A stretch of 64,000 nucleotides of DNA from an uncultured bacterium (GCA_937863685.1 CALMGM010000005.1:909046-973045); one strand, 5' to 3'. Shown: positions 26,286 through 35,595, counted from the first letter of the stretch. Notes: generated from the letters alone by a model not told the origin. Numbers and translations: made by a program.

Positions 26286-27590
26286 ATGTCCAAACTGCAG
26301 AAAACCATAGTCACCGAGGTCAGCTTCTCCGGGGTGGGGGTCCATACCGGGAACGTCACCAAGATCACCTTCAAACCGGCCCCGGCGGACAGCGGCATAA
26401 AGTTCATCCGCAGCGACCTGCCCCAGGCCCCGGAGATCCCGGCCCTGATCGACTACGTGGTGGAGACCGCCCGGGGCACCACCCTGGGACGGGATGTGGA
26501 CGGCCAGCTGGTAAAGGTCCACACCGTGGAGCATGTTTTGGCGGCGGTGGCCTCGCTGGAGATAGACAACCTTAGGGTGGAGATGGACAACAACGAGCCG
26601 CCCATCGGGGACGGCTCCTCGCGCCCCTTTTTGGACATCCTGAAAAAGGCCGGAACGGTGGAGCAGGACGCCCCCCGGAAATATTTCGAGCTGCCCCGGA
26701 TGGTATCCATAGCCGACGATGAGGTCCAACTGGTGGCCAATCCGGCCAAGGACTTCCGGATAAGCTTCACCATAGACTTCGACCACCACCTGCTGCGCAG
26801 CCAGTACGCCTCCTTCGCCATCGACGGGGAAGTGTTCGACAAGGAGCTGGCCGACGCCCGGACCTTCTGCCTGGCCCGGGACGTGGAGATGCTCCGGTCC
26901 CAGGGGCTGATCAAGGGCGGCAGCCTGGACTCGGCGGTGGTGATCGGCGAACAGGGCATAGAGAACAAGGAGCCGCTGCGCTACCCCGACGAATTCGTGC
27001 GGCACAAGATACTGGATCTGCTGGGCGACCTGACCCTGCTGGGCATGCCCATCAGGGGACATGTGATATCAATCAAATCCGGTCACCGCTCCAACGTCAA
27101 ACTGGTCCGGGAGATCAAGAAGGTCTACGACGAGATGGAGAAACAGAAGAAGGGCCCGGTGTTCGACATCAACGCCATCGCCGGGATGCTGCCGCACCGC
27201 TATCCCTTCCTGATGGTGGATCGGATCATAGACCTGGAAGAGGGCAAGCGGGTGGTGGGGATCAAGAACGTCACCATCAACGAGCCGTTCTTCCCCGGCC
27301 ACTTCCCCGACCGGCCGGTGTTCCCGGGGGTGCTGATCATCGAGGCCCTGGCCCAGACCGGAGCGTTCATGATACTGCATTCGGTGGAGAACTACCATCA
27401 GAAACTGCTGTACTTCGCCGCCATAGACAAGGTGCGTTTCCGCAAGCCGGTGGTGCCGGGCGACCAGCTGAGGTTCGAGCTGAGAATGGTCTCGTTCAAG
27501 CGGGGGATCTGCAAGATGGAGGGCCAGGCCCTGGTGGACGGCCAGGTGGTGTGCGAGGCCGAGATGACCGCGGCGGTGGTGGATAGGTGA
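26286..27590 (+). CDS. lpxC/fabZ: Bifunctional UDP-3-O-acyl-GlcNAc deacetylase / 3-hydroxyacyl-ACP dehydratase (LpxC-FabZ fusion)
   Basis: N-terminal LpxC blocks (KTIVTEVSFSGVGVHTG...), C-terminal FabZ hot-dog (LPHRYPFLMVDRI...FFPGHFP..PVFPGVLIIEA). Confidence 0.9.
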   Translation: MSKLQKTIVTEVSFSGVGVHTGNVTKITFKPAPADSGIKFIRSDLPQAPEIPALIDYVVETARGTTLGRDVDGQLVKVHTVEHVLAAVASLEIDNLRVEMDNNEPPIGDGSSRPFLDILKKAGTVEQDAPRKYFELPRMVSIADDEVQLVANPAKDFRISFTIDFDHHLLRSQYASFAIDGEVFDKELADARTFCLARDVEMLRSQGLIKGGSLDSAVVIGEQGIENKEPLRYPDEFVRHKILDLLGDLTLLGMPIRGHVISIKSGHRSNVKLVREIKKVYDEMEKQKKGPVFDINAIAGMLPHRYPFLMVDRIIDLEEGKRVVGIKNVTINEPFFPGHFPDRPVFPGVLIIEALAQTGAFMILHSVENYHQKLLYFAAIDKVRFRKPVVPGDQLRFELRMVSFKRGICKMEGQALVDGQVVCEAEMTAAVVDR

Positions 27591-27611
27591 TTTCAATGTT
27601 CTACAAGTTCG

Positions 27612-27625
27612 AAAGGTTCTAAATG
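27612..27625. repeat. Left arm of inverted repeat bracketing four-helix-bundle gene 1 (aaaggttctaaatg)
   Basis: 13/14 complementary to 28030-28043 (catttggaaccttt). Confidence 0.5.
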
Positions 27626-27647
27626 TTCGAAATGAAGTGATACCGAT

Positions 27648-28001
27648 ATGAAAGAACCTAAATTCACAGAATTGCTGGTCTGGAAAAAGGCCCACCTGTT
27701 AGCATTGGAAATCTATAAAGTAACATCAAAGCTTCCCAAAGAGGAAATGTTCGGTCTATCATCACAAATGAGACGGGCCTCGCTTTCGGTGGCGGCAAAT
27801 ATAGCCGAGGGATGCAAAAAATCAAAGCCAGATTTTCGCCGATATTTAAAAATATCCGAGGGCTCACTGGAGGAGTTAAAATATTACTTTATCGTTTCTC
27901 GGGATCTCGGCTATATAGACGATGAAAAGCATTCGGGCTTTATCACTAGTGCTAATGAGGTTGGGTTTTTATTACATCGTCTTTGGTCCAGTCTTGGTTA
28001 A
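27648..28001 (+). CDS. Four-helix-bundle protein (23S rRNA intervening-sequence protein / Avd-like family), copy 1
   Basis: LLVWKKAHLLALEIYKVTSKLPKEEMFGLSSQMRRASLSVAANIAEGC...GSL.EL..YF pattern of TIGR02436; lower GC than flanks. Confidence 0.8.
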   Translation: MKEPKFTELLVWKKAHLLALEIYKVTSKLPKEEMFGLSSQMRRASLSVAANIAEGCKKSKPDFRRYLKISEGSLEELKYYFIVSRDLGYIDDEKHSGFITSANEVGFLLHRLWSSLG

Positions 28002-28029
28002 TTAGGACAGACCTTAAAGACTGGTGCTT

Positions 28030-28043
28030 CATTTGGAACCTTT
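28030..28043. repeat. Right arm of inverted repeat bracketing four-helix-bundle gene 1
   Basis: See 27612-27625. Confidence 0.5.
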
Positions 28044-28068
28044 AAAACATTTAATTCATTTACAACCT

Positions 28069-28842
28069 ATGGAAAATATTCATCCCACTGCCATCATAGA
28101 CCCGTCGGCCAAGATAGGCAACGACGTGGAGATCGGCCCTTTCACCATCATCGGCCCGGAATGCGTCGTCGGCGACAACTGCCGGATAGGCTCCTCGGTG
28201 GCCATCCACCGCTGGACCGAGCTGGGAGAAGGCTGCCGGGTGTGGCACGGGGCCTCTTTGGGCGGCGACCCCCAGGACCTCAAGTTCAAGGGCGGCCGGA
28301 CCACGGTCAAGATAGGCAAGAATACCGTGATCCGCGAATATGCCACCATCAATCTTTCCACCGACGAGGGCGATGTCACCCTGGTGGGCGACAACTGCTT
28401 TTTAATGGCCTACTGCCACATCGCCCACGAATGCACGGTGGGCAACAATGTCATCCTGGCCAACTCGGCCACCCTGGCCGGCCATGTGACGGTGGAGGAT
28501 TTCGCCATCATCGGCGGGCTGACCCCCGTGCACCAGTTCGCCAGGGTGGGCTGCTACTGCATGATCGGGGGATCATCCGCCGTCCAGAAGGACGTGCTGC
28601 CCTACACCAAGGCCTTCGGCAATCCCCTGGGCATGTACGGGCTTAATTCGGTCGGCCTTACCCGCCGCGGCTTCAGCCAGGAGCAGCGGGACCTGATAGA
28701 AAAGGCCTACCGCCTTATCTTCCGTTCCAAGTTGAACACCAGCCAGGCCCTGGGCCGCATCAAGGACAGCCTGCCGATGTCCCCGGAGATCAAACACATC
28801 CTGGAGTTCATCGAAGGCTCGGCCCGGGGGATAACCAAATAG
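28069..28842 (+). CDS. lpxA: Acyl-ACP--UDP-N-acetylglucosamine O-acyltransferase LpxA
   Basis: MENIHPTAIIDPSAKIGNDVEIGPFTIIG hexapeptide-repeat left-handed beta helix, LpxA-length. Confidence 0.9.
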   Translation: MENIHPTAIIDPSAKIGNDVEIGPFTIIGPECVVGDNCRIGSSVAIHRWTELGEGCRVWHGASLGGDPQDLKFKGGRTTVKIGKNTVIREYATINLSTDEGDVTLVGDNCFLMAYCHIAHECTVGNNVILANSATLAGHVTVEDFAIIGGLTPVHQFARVGCYCMIGGSSAVQKDVLPYTKAFGNPLGMYGLNSVGLTRRGFSQEQRDLIEKAYRLIFRSKLNTSQALGRIKDSLPMSPEIKHILEFIEGSARGITK

Positions 28843-28980
28843 AGACTTCCTGACCATCATAGCCCCGTATCAGTCATGATATGGGGTTTTCTGTTGAGCA
28901 GGACTAATTTTATTTATAACTTTACGCTTGATATTGGATTTGTTTTACAGTAATATATTTATAACGAAAGGCGTTAATAA

Positions 28981-29754
28981 ATGAAAACAAAAATTGACAT
29001 AGCAAAAAATTGGCTGCCCCGCTACACCGGCATGGAGCTGAATGAATTCGGCGATTATATTCTGCTCACCAATTTCGATGATTACATCCAGAGCTTCGCC
29101 GAGCGGTTCAACTGCGAGATCAAGGGACTGGGCCGTCCCATGCAGGCCGCCACCAACCCGTCCGGGTTGTCCATAATCAATTTCGGCATGGGCAGTCCCA
29201 ACATCGCCACGGTGATGGACCTGCTGGTGGCCCGCCATCCCAAGGGGGTGTTGTTTCTGGGCAAGTGCGGCGGGCTTAAAAAGACCACCGAGCTGGGGCA
29301 TTTCATTTTGCCCATCGGGGCCATCCGGGGCGAGGGGACCAGCAACGATTATCTGCCGCATGAGGTGCCGGCCCTGCCGTCGTTCAAACTGCACAAGTTC
29401 GTCTCCGACAAGCTCAAACAGCGGAAGCTGGACTACCGCACCGGGGTGATCTACACCACCAACCGCCGGGTGTGGGAATGGGACGCCGATTTCAAGAGGT
29501 ACCTGCGGAAGCTGACCGCCATCGGCATTGACATGGAGACCGCCACCCTGTTCATAGTGGGCCACGCCAACCAGATCGCCCGGGGCGCCCTGCTGATGGT
29601 GTCGGACATTCCCATGGTGCCCCACGGCATCAAGACCGAGAAGAGCGACCGGGAGGTAACCAAAAAGTTCAGTAAGATCCATCTGGATATAGGCATCGAA
29701 AGCATGACCGACATCGGCCAGAAGGGCGAAAAGATCAAGCATTTCCAGTACTGA
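28981..29754 (+). CDS. Nucleoside phosphorylase / short AMP-nucleosidase-like protein (PNP_UDP_1 family)
   Basis: GMGSPNIATVMDLL...GKCGGL and IDMETATL motifs of PNP/MTAN/AMP-nucleosidase catalytic domain. Confidence 0.5.
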   Translation: MKTKIDIAKNWLPRYTGMELNEFGDYILLTNFDDYIQSFAERFNCEIKGLGRPMQAATNPSGLSIINFGMGSPNIATVMDLLVARHPKGVLFLGKCGGLKKTTELGHFILPIGAIRGEGTSNDYLPHEVPALPSFKLHKFVSDKLKQRKLDYRTGVIYTTNRRVWEWDADFKRYLRKLTAIGIDMETATLFIVGHANQIARGALLMVSDIPMVPHGIKTEKSDREVTKKFSKIHLDIGIESMTDIGQKGEKIKHFQY

Positions 29755-29871
29755 TATACAAGACCCTGGTTGAAGAATGAATATAGAATATTGAATACGG
29801 AATGATTTGTGATCTCAGATATTAGTTTGCATTCTAGCTTCAATATTCGGTATTCTCGTTAGGAGGATATT

Positions 29872-31146
29872 ATGCAGAAGTTATTGTCGTTTGTTCTTTT
29901 GATAATATTAATTTGCGGGATAACAGAAGCCTCCCAGGTGATGATCATCCGGGTGGAGGACGCCATCAGCCCGGCCTCGGCCCGTTTCATGGTGCAGTCA
30001 ATCGAAAGGGCCCAGGAGCAGAAGGCGGAATGCTTGATCATCGAGATGGACACCCCCGGCGGGCTGGACCAGTCCATGCGCCAGGTGATCAAAGCCATTA
30101 TGGCCTCTGATATTCCGGTGGTGGTCTACGTGGCGCCCCAGGGATCGCGGGCGGCCTCGGCCGGGGCCTTCATCACCTTGTCCTCCCACGTGGCGGCCAT
30201 GTCGCCGGGCACCAGCATCGGGGCGGCCCATCCGGTGTCCGTCGGCACCGGGCAGATGGACAGCACCATGTCCGGCAAGGTGACCAACGATGCCGCGGCC
30301 TACATCCGCTCCATAGCCGAAAAACGGGGCCGCAACATCGCCTGGGCCGATTCGGCGGTGCGCCGCAGCGTCTCATTATCCGAGACCGAGGCCCTCAAGC
30401 GGAAGGTGATAGACCTGATCGCCGACGATACCGAAGCCCTGCTGGATTTGCTGGAAGGAAGGCAGGTCATTATGGGCCAGGATACGGTGGTGCTTCACAC
30501 CAAAGGGGCGGAGAAGGTCCTGGTGGAGATGAACTGGCGGGACAGGATCCTGTCCATCATCTCCAATCCCAATATCGCCTACATTTTGTTCATGGCCGGC
30601 CTGCTGGGGCTGTACTTCGAGTTCTCCAATCCCGGGGCCATCTTCCCCGGGGTGGTGGGGGCCATCTCGCTGATACTGGCCTTCTTTTCGTTCCAGACCC
30701 TGCCGGTCAATTACGCCGGGATGCTGCTGATAATTCTGGCCATAGTGCTGTTCATCCTGGATGTCAAGATAGCCTCGCACGGAATACTCAGCATAGGAGG
30801 TATAATTGCCATGTTTTTGGGATCGGTGATGCTTTTTCAGACCCCGGACCCGGCCATGAGGGCCTCGCTGCAGGTGATCATCCCGGTGGTGCTGGTGACC
30901 GCGGCCTTCTTCGTGATCGGGGTCTGGCTGTCCATAAAGACATTGAGGACCAGGCCCGTCTCGGGCGACCAGGGCCTGCTGGACCAGGAGGGCGACGCCC
31001 GGACGATTGTCAACAAGGATGGCGGCCGGGTATTCGTGGCAGGGACCCACTGGAGCGCATGTTCGGATGCCGAGATCGCCGAGGGGGCCAAGGTCAAGGT
31101 GGTGGAAGTAAAAGGGATGAAGCTGAAAGTCATAAAGAGCGAATAG
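29872..31146 (+). CDS. NfeD-like membrane-bound ClpP-class serine protease
   Basis: Signal peptide, ClpP-like N-domain (IIEMDTPGG...GSRAASAGAFI), TM segments, C-terminal OB-fold; partner stomatin downstream. Confidence 0.75.
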   Translation: MQKLLSFVLLIILICGITEASQVMIIRVEDAISPASARFMVQSIERAQEQKAECLIIEMDTPGGLDQSMRQVIKAIMASDIPVVVYVAPQGSRAASAGAFITLSSHVAAMSPGTSIGAAHPVSVGTGQMDSTMSGKVTNDAAAYIRSIAEKRGRNIAWADSAVRRSVSLSETEALKRKVIDLIADDTEALLDLLEGRQVIMGQDTVVLHTKGAEKVLVEMNWRDRILSIISNPNIAYILFMAGLLGLYFEFSNPGAIFPGVVGAISLILAFFSFQTLPVNYAGMLLIILAIVLFILDVKIASHGILSIGGIIAMFLGSVMLFQTPDPAMRASLQVIIPVVLVTAAFFVIGVWLSIKTLRTRPVSGDQGLLDQEGDARTIVNKDGGRVFVAGTHWSACSDAEIAEGAKVKVVEVKGMKLKVIKSE

Positions 31147-31151
31147 CGGAA

Positions 31152-31162
31152 AGCGTGTAGCG
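31152..31162. repeat. Left arm of 11-bp perfect inverted repeat bracketing four-helix-bundle gene 2 (agcgtgtagcg)
   Basis: Perfect complement of 31554-31564 (cgctacacgct). Confidence 0.55.
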
Positions 31163-31181
31163 AACAGGGGATGGGCGTTGC

Positions 31182-31553
31182 ATGAACAATACAAAAAGCT
31201 TCTCCGATCTGATAGTATGGCAAAAGTCGTACAAATTATGCGTTGAGGTCTATAAAGTATCCAAGGAGTTTCCCAGCCAGGAAAACTTCGGTTTGATCTC
31301 ACAAATTAGAAGGTGTTCGGTTTCTATTCCCTCAAATATAGCCGAAGGCTATGCTCGCAAAAACCGCAAGGAATACATTCAATTTTTATATATGGCAAAC
31401 GGATCGCTGGCGGAACTGCAGACACAATTGATGCTTTCGAAAGATATTGGTTATTTAAATGAAAATATTTATAATGTTTTATATTCTTTGTCACAGGAAG
31501 TCGGCAGAATGCTCTGGAAAATGATAGTTGGCTTGAGACAAAAGGAACCTTAA
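31182..31553 (+). CDS. Four-helix-bundle protein (23S rRNA intervening-sequence protein / Avd-like family), copy 2
   Basis: LIVWQKSYKLCVEVYKVSKEFPSQENFGLISQIRRCSVSIPSNIAEGYAR...GSLAELQTQL; paralogue of 27648-28001. Confidence 0.8.
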   Translation: MNNTKSFSDLIVWQKSYKLCVEVYKVSKEFPSQENFGLISQIRRCSVSIPSNIAEGYARKNRKEYIQFLYMANGSLAELQTQLMLSKDIGYLNENIYNVLYSLSQEVGRMLWKMIVGLRQKEP

Positions 31554-31564
31554 CGCTACACGCT
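31554..31564. repeat. Right arm of inverted repeat bracketing four-helix-bundle gene 2
   Basis: See 31152-31162. Confidence 0.55.
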
Positions 31565-31619
31565 ATTCGCTTTACGCTTATATATCAAATCTAATAAACT
31601 TAATAAAGGAGAGAAAGCC

Positions 31620-32381
31620 ATGACTGGTTACATTGTCTTAATTATCTTCGTGCTGTTCATTTTGCTCAACACCTTCAAGATCCTGCGGGAATACGAGCGG
31701 GGCGTGGTCTTTAGGCTGGGGCGCTACGTGGGCACCCGCGGCCCGGGACTGATCATCCTGATCCCCCTGTTCGAGAAGATGGTCAAAGTGACCCTGCGCA
31801 CCATCGCCCTGGACGTGCCGGCCCAGGAGGTGATCACCAAGGACAACGTCTCGGTGAAGGTCAACGCCGTGATGTACTTCCAGGTGTTCCAGCCCGACAA
31901 AGCCATCATCGCGGTGGAGGACTACATGTACGCCACCAGCCAGATGGGACAGACCACCCTCCGCTCCATTTTGGGCGAGCACGAGCTGGACGACCTGCTC
32001 TCCAACCGGGAGAAGATCAACCAGACCCTGCAGAAGGTGATCGACGATCGCACCGACCCCTGGGGCATCAAGGTCTCGGCGGTGGAGGTCAAGGACGTGG
32101 ATCTGCCGGAGGGCATGAGGCGGGCCATGGCCAAGCAGGCCGAGGCCGAGCGGGAGAGACGGGCCAAGGTTATCCACGCCGACGGCGAGTTCCAGGCTTC
32201 AACCAAACTGCGGGATGCCGCCACAGTGATGGCCGCCGAGCCGGTGACCGTGCAGCTGCGCTACCTGCAGACATTGACCGAGATCGCGGTGGAGAAGAAT
32301 TCCACCATCATCTTCCCCCTGCCGTTGGAATTCATGAGATATTTTTCCAAGATATTGGATAATACCGAGAAGAAGGCATAA
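31620..32381 (+). CDS. SPFH/band-7 (stomatin-like) protein
   Basis: [16 protein letters not shown]...LIILIP SPFH N-terminus, coiled-coil tail [14 protein letters not shown]. Confidence 0.85.
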   Translation: MTGYIVLIIFVLFILLNTFKILREYERGVVFRLGRYVGTRGPGLIILIPLFEKMVKVTLRTIALDVPAQEVITKDNVSVKVNAVMYFQVFQPDKAIIAVEDYMYATSQMGQTTLRSILGEHELDDLLSNREKINQTLQKVIDDRTDPWGIKVSAVEVKDVDLPEGMRRAMAKQAEAERERRAKVIHADGEFQASTKLRDAATVMAAEPVTVQLRYLQTLTEIAVEKNSTIIFPLPLEFMRYFSKILDNTEKKA

Positions 32382-32400
32382 ATAAAATTAAAAGCGGCGA

Positions 32401-33147
32401 TTGGGAAACAAAACCCGGTCGCCGTTTTATCAGAGATTTTTCCTGAATACCATAAGGGACATAAATATTGTAGGGGTAGGTTTAAAACCTGCCCCTACGT
32501 CGGAATATATTCATATGACCCTCTCCCCCCAAATAATATCCGGCATCAATATAAAACACCGTTCCACCTACACCTACCTGGGGTGGGCCGGGTTTTATCT
32601 GCTGCTCGGGGTCTATCAAGGGCTGGTGGGACGGATATCCACCACCTTCGGCGAGATCCTGGGCGCGGATATCCTGATCAACATCGCCTCGCCCATCATA
32701 CTGTCCGGCGGGGGGACGATCGCGGCCCTGGTCGAGAGCAGGTTCCGGGGTTTTTTCGGACTGCCCTGGATCTATCTGTTCATCACCTGTGTGGTCACCA
32801 TAGTGCTGCCCGGGCTCTGGATATTTAAAATGGGCGGCTGGGGAACGCTGTTCAGCGCAGCCTTGTTTTTTTCCAGAATCAACTGGCTCTTTCTGCAGCG
32901 AAATGGGAACCTTGAGATCCGCCACCTTTACACCCGCGGCATTTTAGGGCCCATTCTCTTTCTTACTCCGGCCCTTATCATCACCTGCACAGTGATGGGC
33001 AGGCGGTCGTTGTCCATGCACGCCACCGACTGGGTGCCGTTGTTCGGCGTCATATATTTTACCCTGCAGGCAGCATTCGAGGAGTTCATGCTTCGCCGGG
33101 CCGCGGAAAAACAAAACAATTCTTCGGAGGATCGGCGTACTTTATGA
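32401..33147 (+). CDS. Hypothetical polytopic membrane protein
   Basis: Hydrophobic ORF; start uncertain (possibly MTLSPQ about 32515). Confidence 0.35.
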   Translation: MGNKTRSPFYQRFFLNTIRDINIVGVGLKPAPTSEYIHMTLSPQIISGINIKHRSTYTYLGWAGFYLLLGVYQGLVGRISTTFGEILGADILINIASPIILSGGGTIAALVESRFRGFFGLPWIYLFITCVVTIVLPGLWIFKMGGWGTLFSAALFFSRINWLFLQRNGNLEIRHLYTRGILGPILFLTPALIITCTVMGRRSLSMHATDWVPLFGVIYFTLQAAFEEFMLRRAAEKQNNSSEDRRTL

Positions 33148-33446
33148 CCTTTTCAGCCCAGATAATCTCCATCATCAAACGGATCCCCAAGGGCAAGGTG
33201 GCCACCTACGGGCAGATCGCGGCCCTGGCCGGCAATCCAAGAGGCGCCCGGGCGGTCATCTGGCTGCTGCATTCCAGCTCCGGCAAGGAAAAGCTTCCCT
33301 GGCACCGGGTGATAAACGGCAAGGGACAGATCTCCCTGAAACCATGCCAGGGCTACGAGGAACAGCGGGCCATGCTGGAAAGCGAAGGGGTGGAGTTCGA
33401 TCTTTACGGCCGGGCGGACCTGGAAAGATACCGGTGGGAACCGTGA
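33144..33446 (+). CDS. atl: Alkyltransferase-like (MGMT-family DNA-binding) protein; active-site Cys replaced by Trp (PWHRV)
   Basis: KGKVATYGQIAALAGNPRGARAV...LPWHRVINGKG; MGMT C-terminal domain with PWHRV in place of PCHRV. Confidence 0.6.
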   Translation: MTFSAQIISIIKRIPKGKVATYGQIAALAGNPRGARAVIWLLHSSSGKEKLPWHRVINGKGQISLKPCQGYEEQRAMLESEGVEFDLYGRADLERYRWEP

Positions 33447-33448
33447 GA

Positions 33449-34156
33449 ATGGATGAATATTTAAAAACCATCCGGCGCGAACTGATAGCCAACAGCGATA
33501 GAAAATACCGCCGGGCGATACAGATCTTTTTCAAGGATGGTATAAAATTATACGGGGTCAGGACCCCGATGGTCCGAAAGATTTCACAAAAACATTACGC
33601 CGCCATCAAGGGCCGCCCCAAGGAAAATATCTTCAAACTGTGCGGCCTGCTGCTGGGATCGGGCCTCAGCGAGGAGCGGACCATTGCCTTCGACTGGGCC
33701 TACCGGTTGAAAAAGAGGTACCGGACGGGTGATTTCGCCAAGTTCGAAAAATGGCTAAAAAAATACGCCCCAGACTGGGGCGGAGTGGACGATCTATGCA
33801 CCCATGCTTTGGGATGTTTTTTATACAGTCATCCCGAATTTGCTCCAAAGGTCATGGGCTGGACAAAATCACCTAAATGGTGGATGCGGCGGGCCTCGGC
33901 CGTGGCCCTGATCTACGGCCTGCGCCGGGGCGTTTTTCTTAAGGAGGCTTTCAAAACGGCTGATATTCTTTTATTGGACAAGGAGGACCTGGTGCAGAAG
34001 GGGTACGGCTGGATGCTGAAGGTGGCCGGCGATAGGCACCAAAAAGAAGTCTTTGATTATGTAATGAGGAATAAAAAGCGAACGCCCCGAACCGCCCTGA
34101 GATATGCCATTGAGAAATTCCCGGAAGGTTTGAGGCAAAAAGCTCTTATAAAATAG
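33449..34156 (+). CDS. DNA alkylation repair protein (AlkC/AlkD-like HEAT-repeat glycosylase family)
   Basis: Start MDEYLK; blocks WW.RR....L..G, GYGWMLKV typical of DNA_alkylation family. Confidence 0.6.
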   Translation: MDEYLKTIRRELIANSDRKYRRAIQIFFKDGIKLYGVRTPMVRKISQKHYAAIKGRPKENIFKLCGLLLGSGLSEERTIAFDWAYRLKKRYRTGDFAKFEKWLKKYAPDWGGVDDLCTHALGCFLYSHPEFAPKVMGWTKSPKWWMRRASAVALIYGLRRGVFLKEAFKTADILLLDKEDLVQKGYGWMLKVAGDRHQKEVFDYVMRNKKRTPRTALRYAIEKFPEGLRQKALIK

Positions 34157-34157
34157 A

Positions 34158-34796
34158 TCAATACCGGGTGGCTTCAAAGGTGCCCTGTTCCCATGACAGC
34201 ACCACGAATATATTGAAAAGATTGATCTGCCCCTCCAGGCTGCAATGTTCGATGCTCCCTTGCTTTATGTGCAGGCAGCCATGCTGGCCTTCGATATTGG
34301 TTATCTCGATGCGGCCGGTCCAGCCCCCGATGGAGAACAGCTCCAGCAGTTTGAAAATATTGATCACCGACAATTTTCCGGTCCACTCCTTGGCCTTGCG
34401 GGACAGCATGGACCGGGCCTTTTCGGCGTATTTAAGCCGCAAATCGATGCCTTTGTACAGCTCCATCCGCTTGAGCGGCTTGGTCAGGTAGCGGGCGGCG
34501 CCCACCGCATAGCCGTGGATGATGCTGGCCCGGTCTATCTTGGCCGAGAGCATGATCACCGGAAGGTGCTGCAGATCGGGACTTTTCTTGATGGCCCGGC
34601 ACAGTTCGTAGCCGTCCATCATCGGCATCATGATATCCGTCAGGATCAGGTCCACCGGCTTCTCCCTGGCCACCTGCAGGCCGTCCTGGCCGTCGCGGGC
34701 CTGGATCACCTGGTAGCCGGCGTTGCGCAGCTGGAATTCCAGCAACCGGGCCATGTTGGCCTCATCCTCCACCACCAGAATGGTGTAGTTTTCCAT
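34158..34796 (-). CDS. Response regulator receiver domain fused to DUF4388-like domain
   Basis: LVVEDE...DLILTDIMMPMMDG...LSAK receiver; C-terminal GKLSVINIFKLLELFSIGGWTGRIEI DUF4388-like. Confidence 0.6.
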   Translation of the reverse strand: MENYTILVVEDEANMARLLEFQLRNAGYQVIQARDGQDGLQVAREKPVDLILTDIMMPMMDGYELCRAIKKSPDLQHLPVIMLSAKIDRASIIHGYAVGAARYLTKPLKRMELYKGIDLRLKYAEKARSMLSRKAKEWTGKLSVINIFKLLELFSIGGWTGRIEITNIEGQHGCLHIKQGSIEHCSLEGQINLFNIFVVLSWEQGTFEATRY

Positions 34797-34914
34797 AGAC
34801 CTCCTCTCAAAGGGGGTTCTAAAGTATTGTATAACAAACCCGGCAAATATGCAAGCCGATTATGCGGCGTCACCGGACAAGACCGACCCGATCATGAAAA
34901 GGAATTGGCGGAAA

Positions 34915-35595
34915 ATGGATAAAAAAGAACAAAACCAAGGGCATCGTCAGAGGCTTAAGGAAAAATTCCGCAAGACCGGAGGGGAGGGGCTGCACGATTA
35001 CGAACTGCTGGAGCTGCTGCTAACCTACGCCCTGCCCCGGCGCGATCTGAAACCCCTGGCCAAGGAGCTGATCGGACATTTCGGCAGCCTGGCCAAGGTG
35101 CTGGACGCTTCGCTTGAGGAGCTGGGCAACTTCAGGGGGATCAAGCAGGGCCCAAGCATACTTATCAAGCTCAGCAAGGCGCTTACCGAGCACTACATGT
35201 CCGAAGAAGTGAGATCCGGGGATGCCCTGTCCTCCCCCGGGGCGGTGCTGAATTTTGCCAGGGCCAAGCTGGCCGGCCTGCCCCACGAGGCCTTTTTGTG
35301 CCTCTATCTCAACGCCAAGAACGAGTTCATCAAGGACAGCATCATCTGCCAGGGCACGGTGGACAAGGCGGCGGTCTATCCCCGGCGGATCATCGAAGAG
35401 GCCTTGAACCTGCACGCCGCCGGGCTGATCCTGGTGCACAACCATCCCAGCGGGCACTGCCAGCCATCGCCTGAGGACAGGGCGCTGACCGACTCCATAA
35501 TCAGCGTGGCCAAGACCATGGACATCCGGGTGCTGGATCATATCATCGTAGGGCGGCTGGGGTATTACAGTTTTGCCGAGAATAATTTGATATAG
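34915..35595 (+). CDS. radC: RadC-family JAB/MPN domain protein
   Basis: LVHNHPSG metal-binding JAMM motif, HhH-like N-terminus; start chosen at MDKKEQ (ORF track 34849). Confidence 0.75.
   Translation: MDKKEQNQGHRQRLKEKFRKTGGEGLHDYELLELLLTYALPRRDLKPLAKELIGHFGSLAKVLDASLEELGNFRGIKQGPSILIKLSKALTEHYMSEEVRSGDALSSPGAVLNFARAKLAGLPHEAFLCLYLNAKNEFIKDSIICQGTVDKAAVYPRRIIEEALNLHAAGLILVHNHPSGHCQPSPEDRALTDSIISVAKTMDIRVLDHIIVGRLGYYSFAENNLI

Noticed and set aside
26172-27062. 296-aa minus-strand ORF overlapping lpxC
   Set aside because: Antisense artefact in a GC-rich coding region.
28981-29754. Calling the 257-aa PNP_UDP_1 protein LpxI or another lipid A enzyme because of operon context
   Set aside because: Sequence motifs (GMGSP..., IDMETA) are those of nucleoside phosphorylase/nucleosidase catalytic domains, not LpxI. 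Context alone is insufficient.
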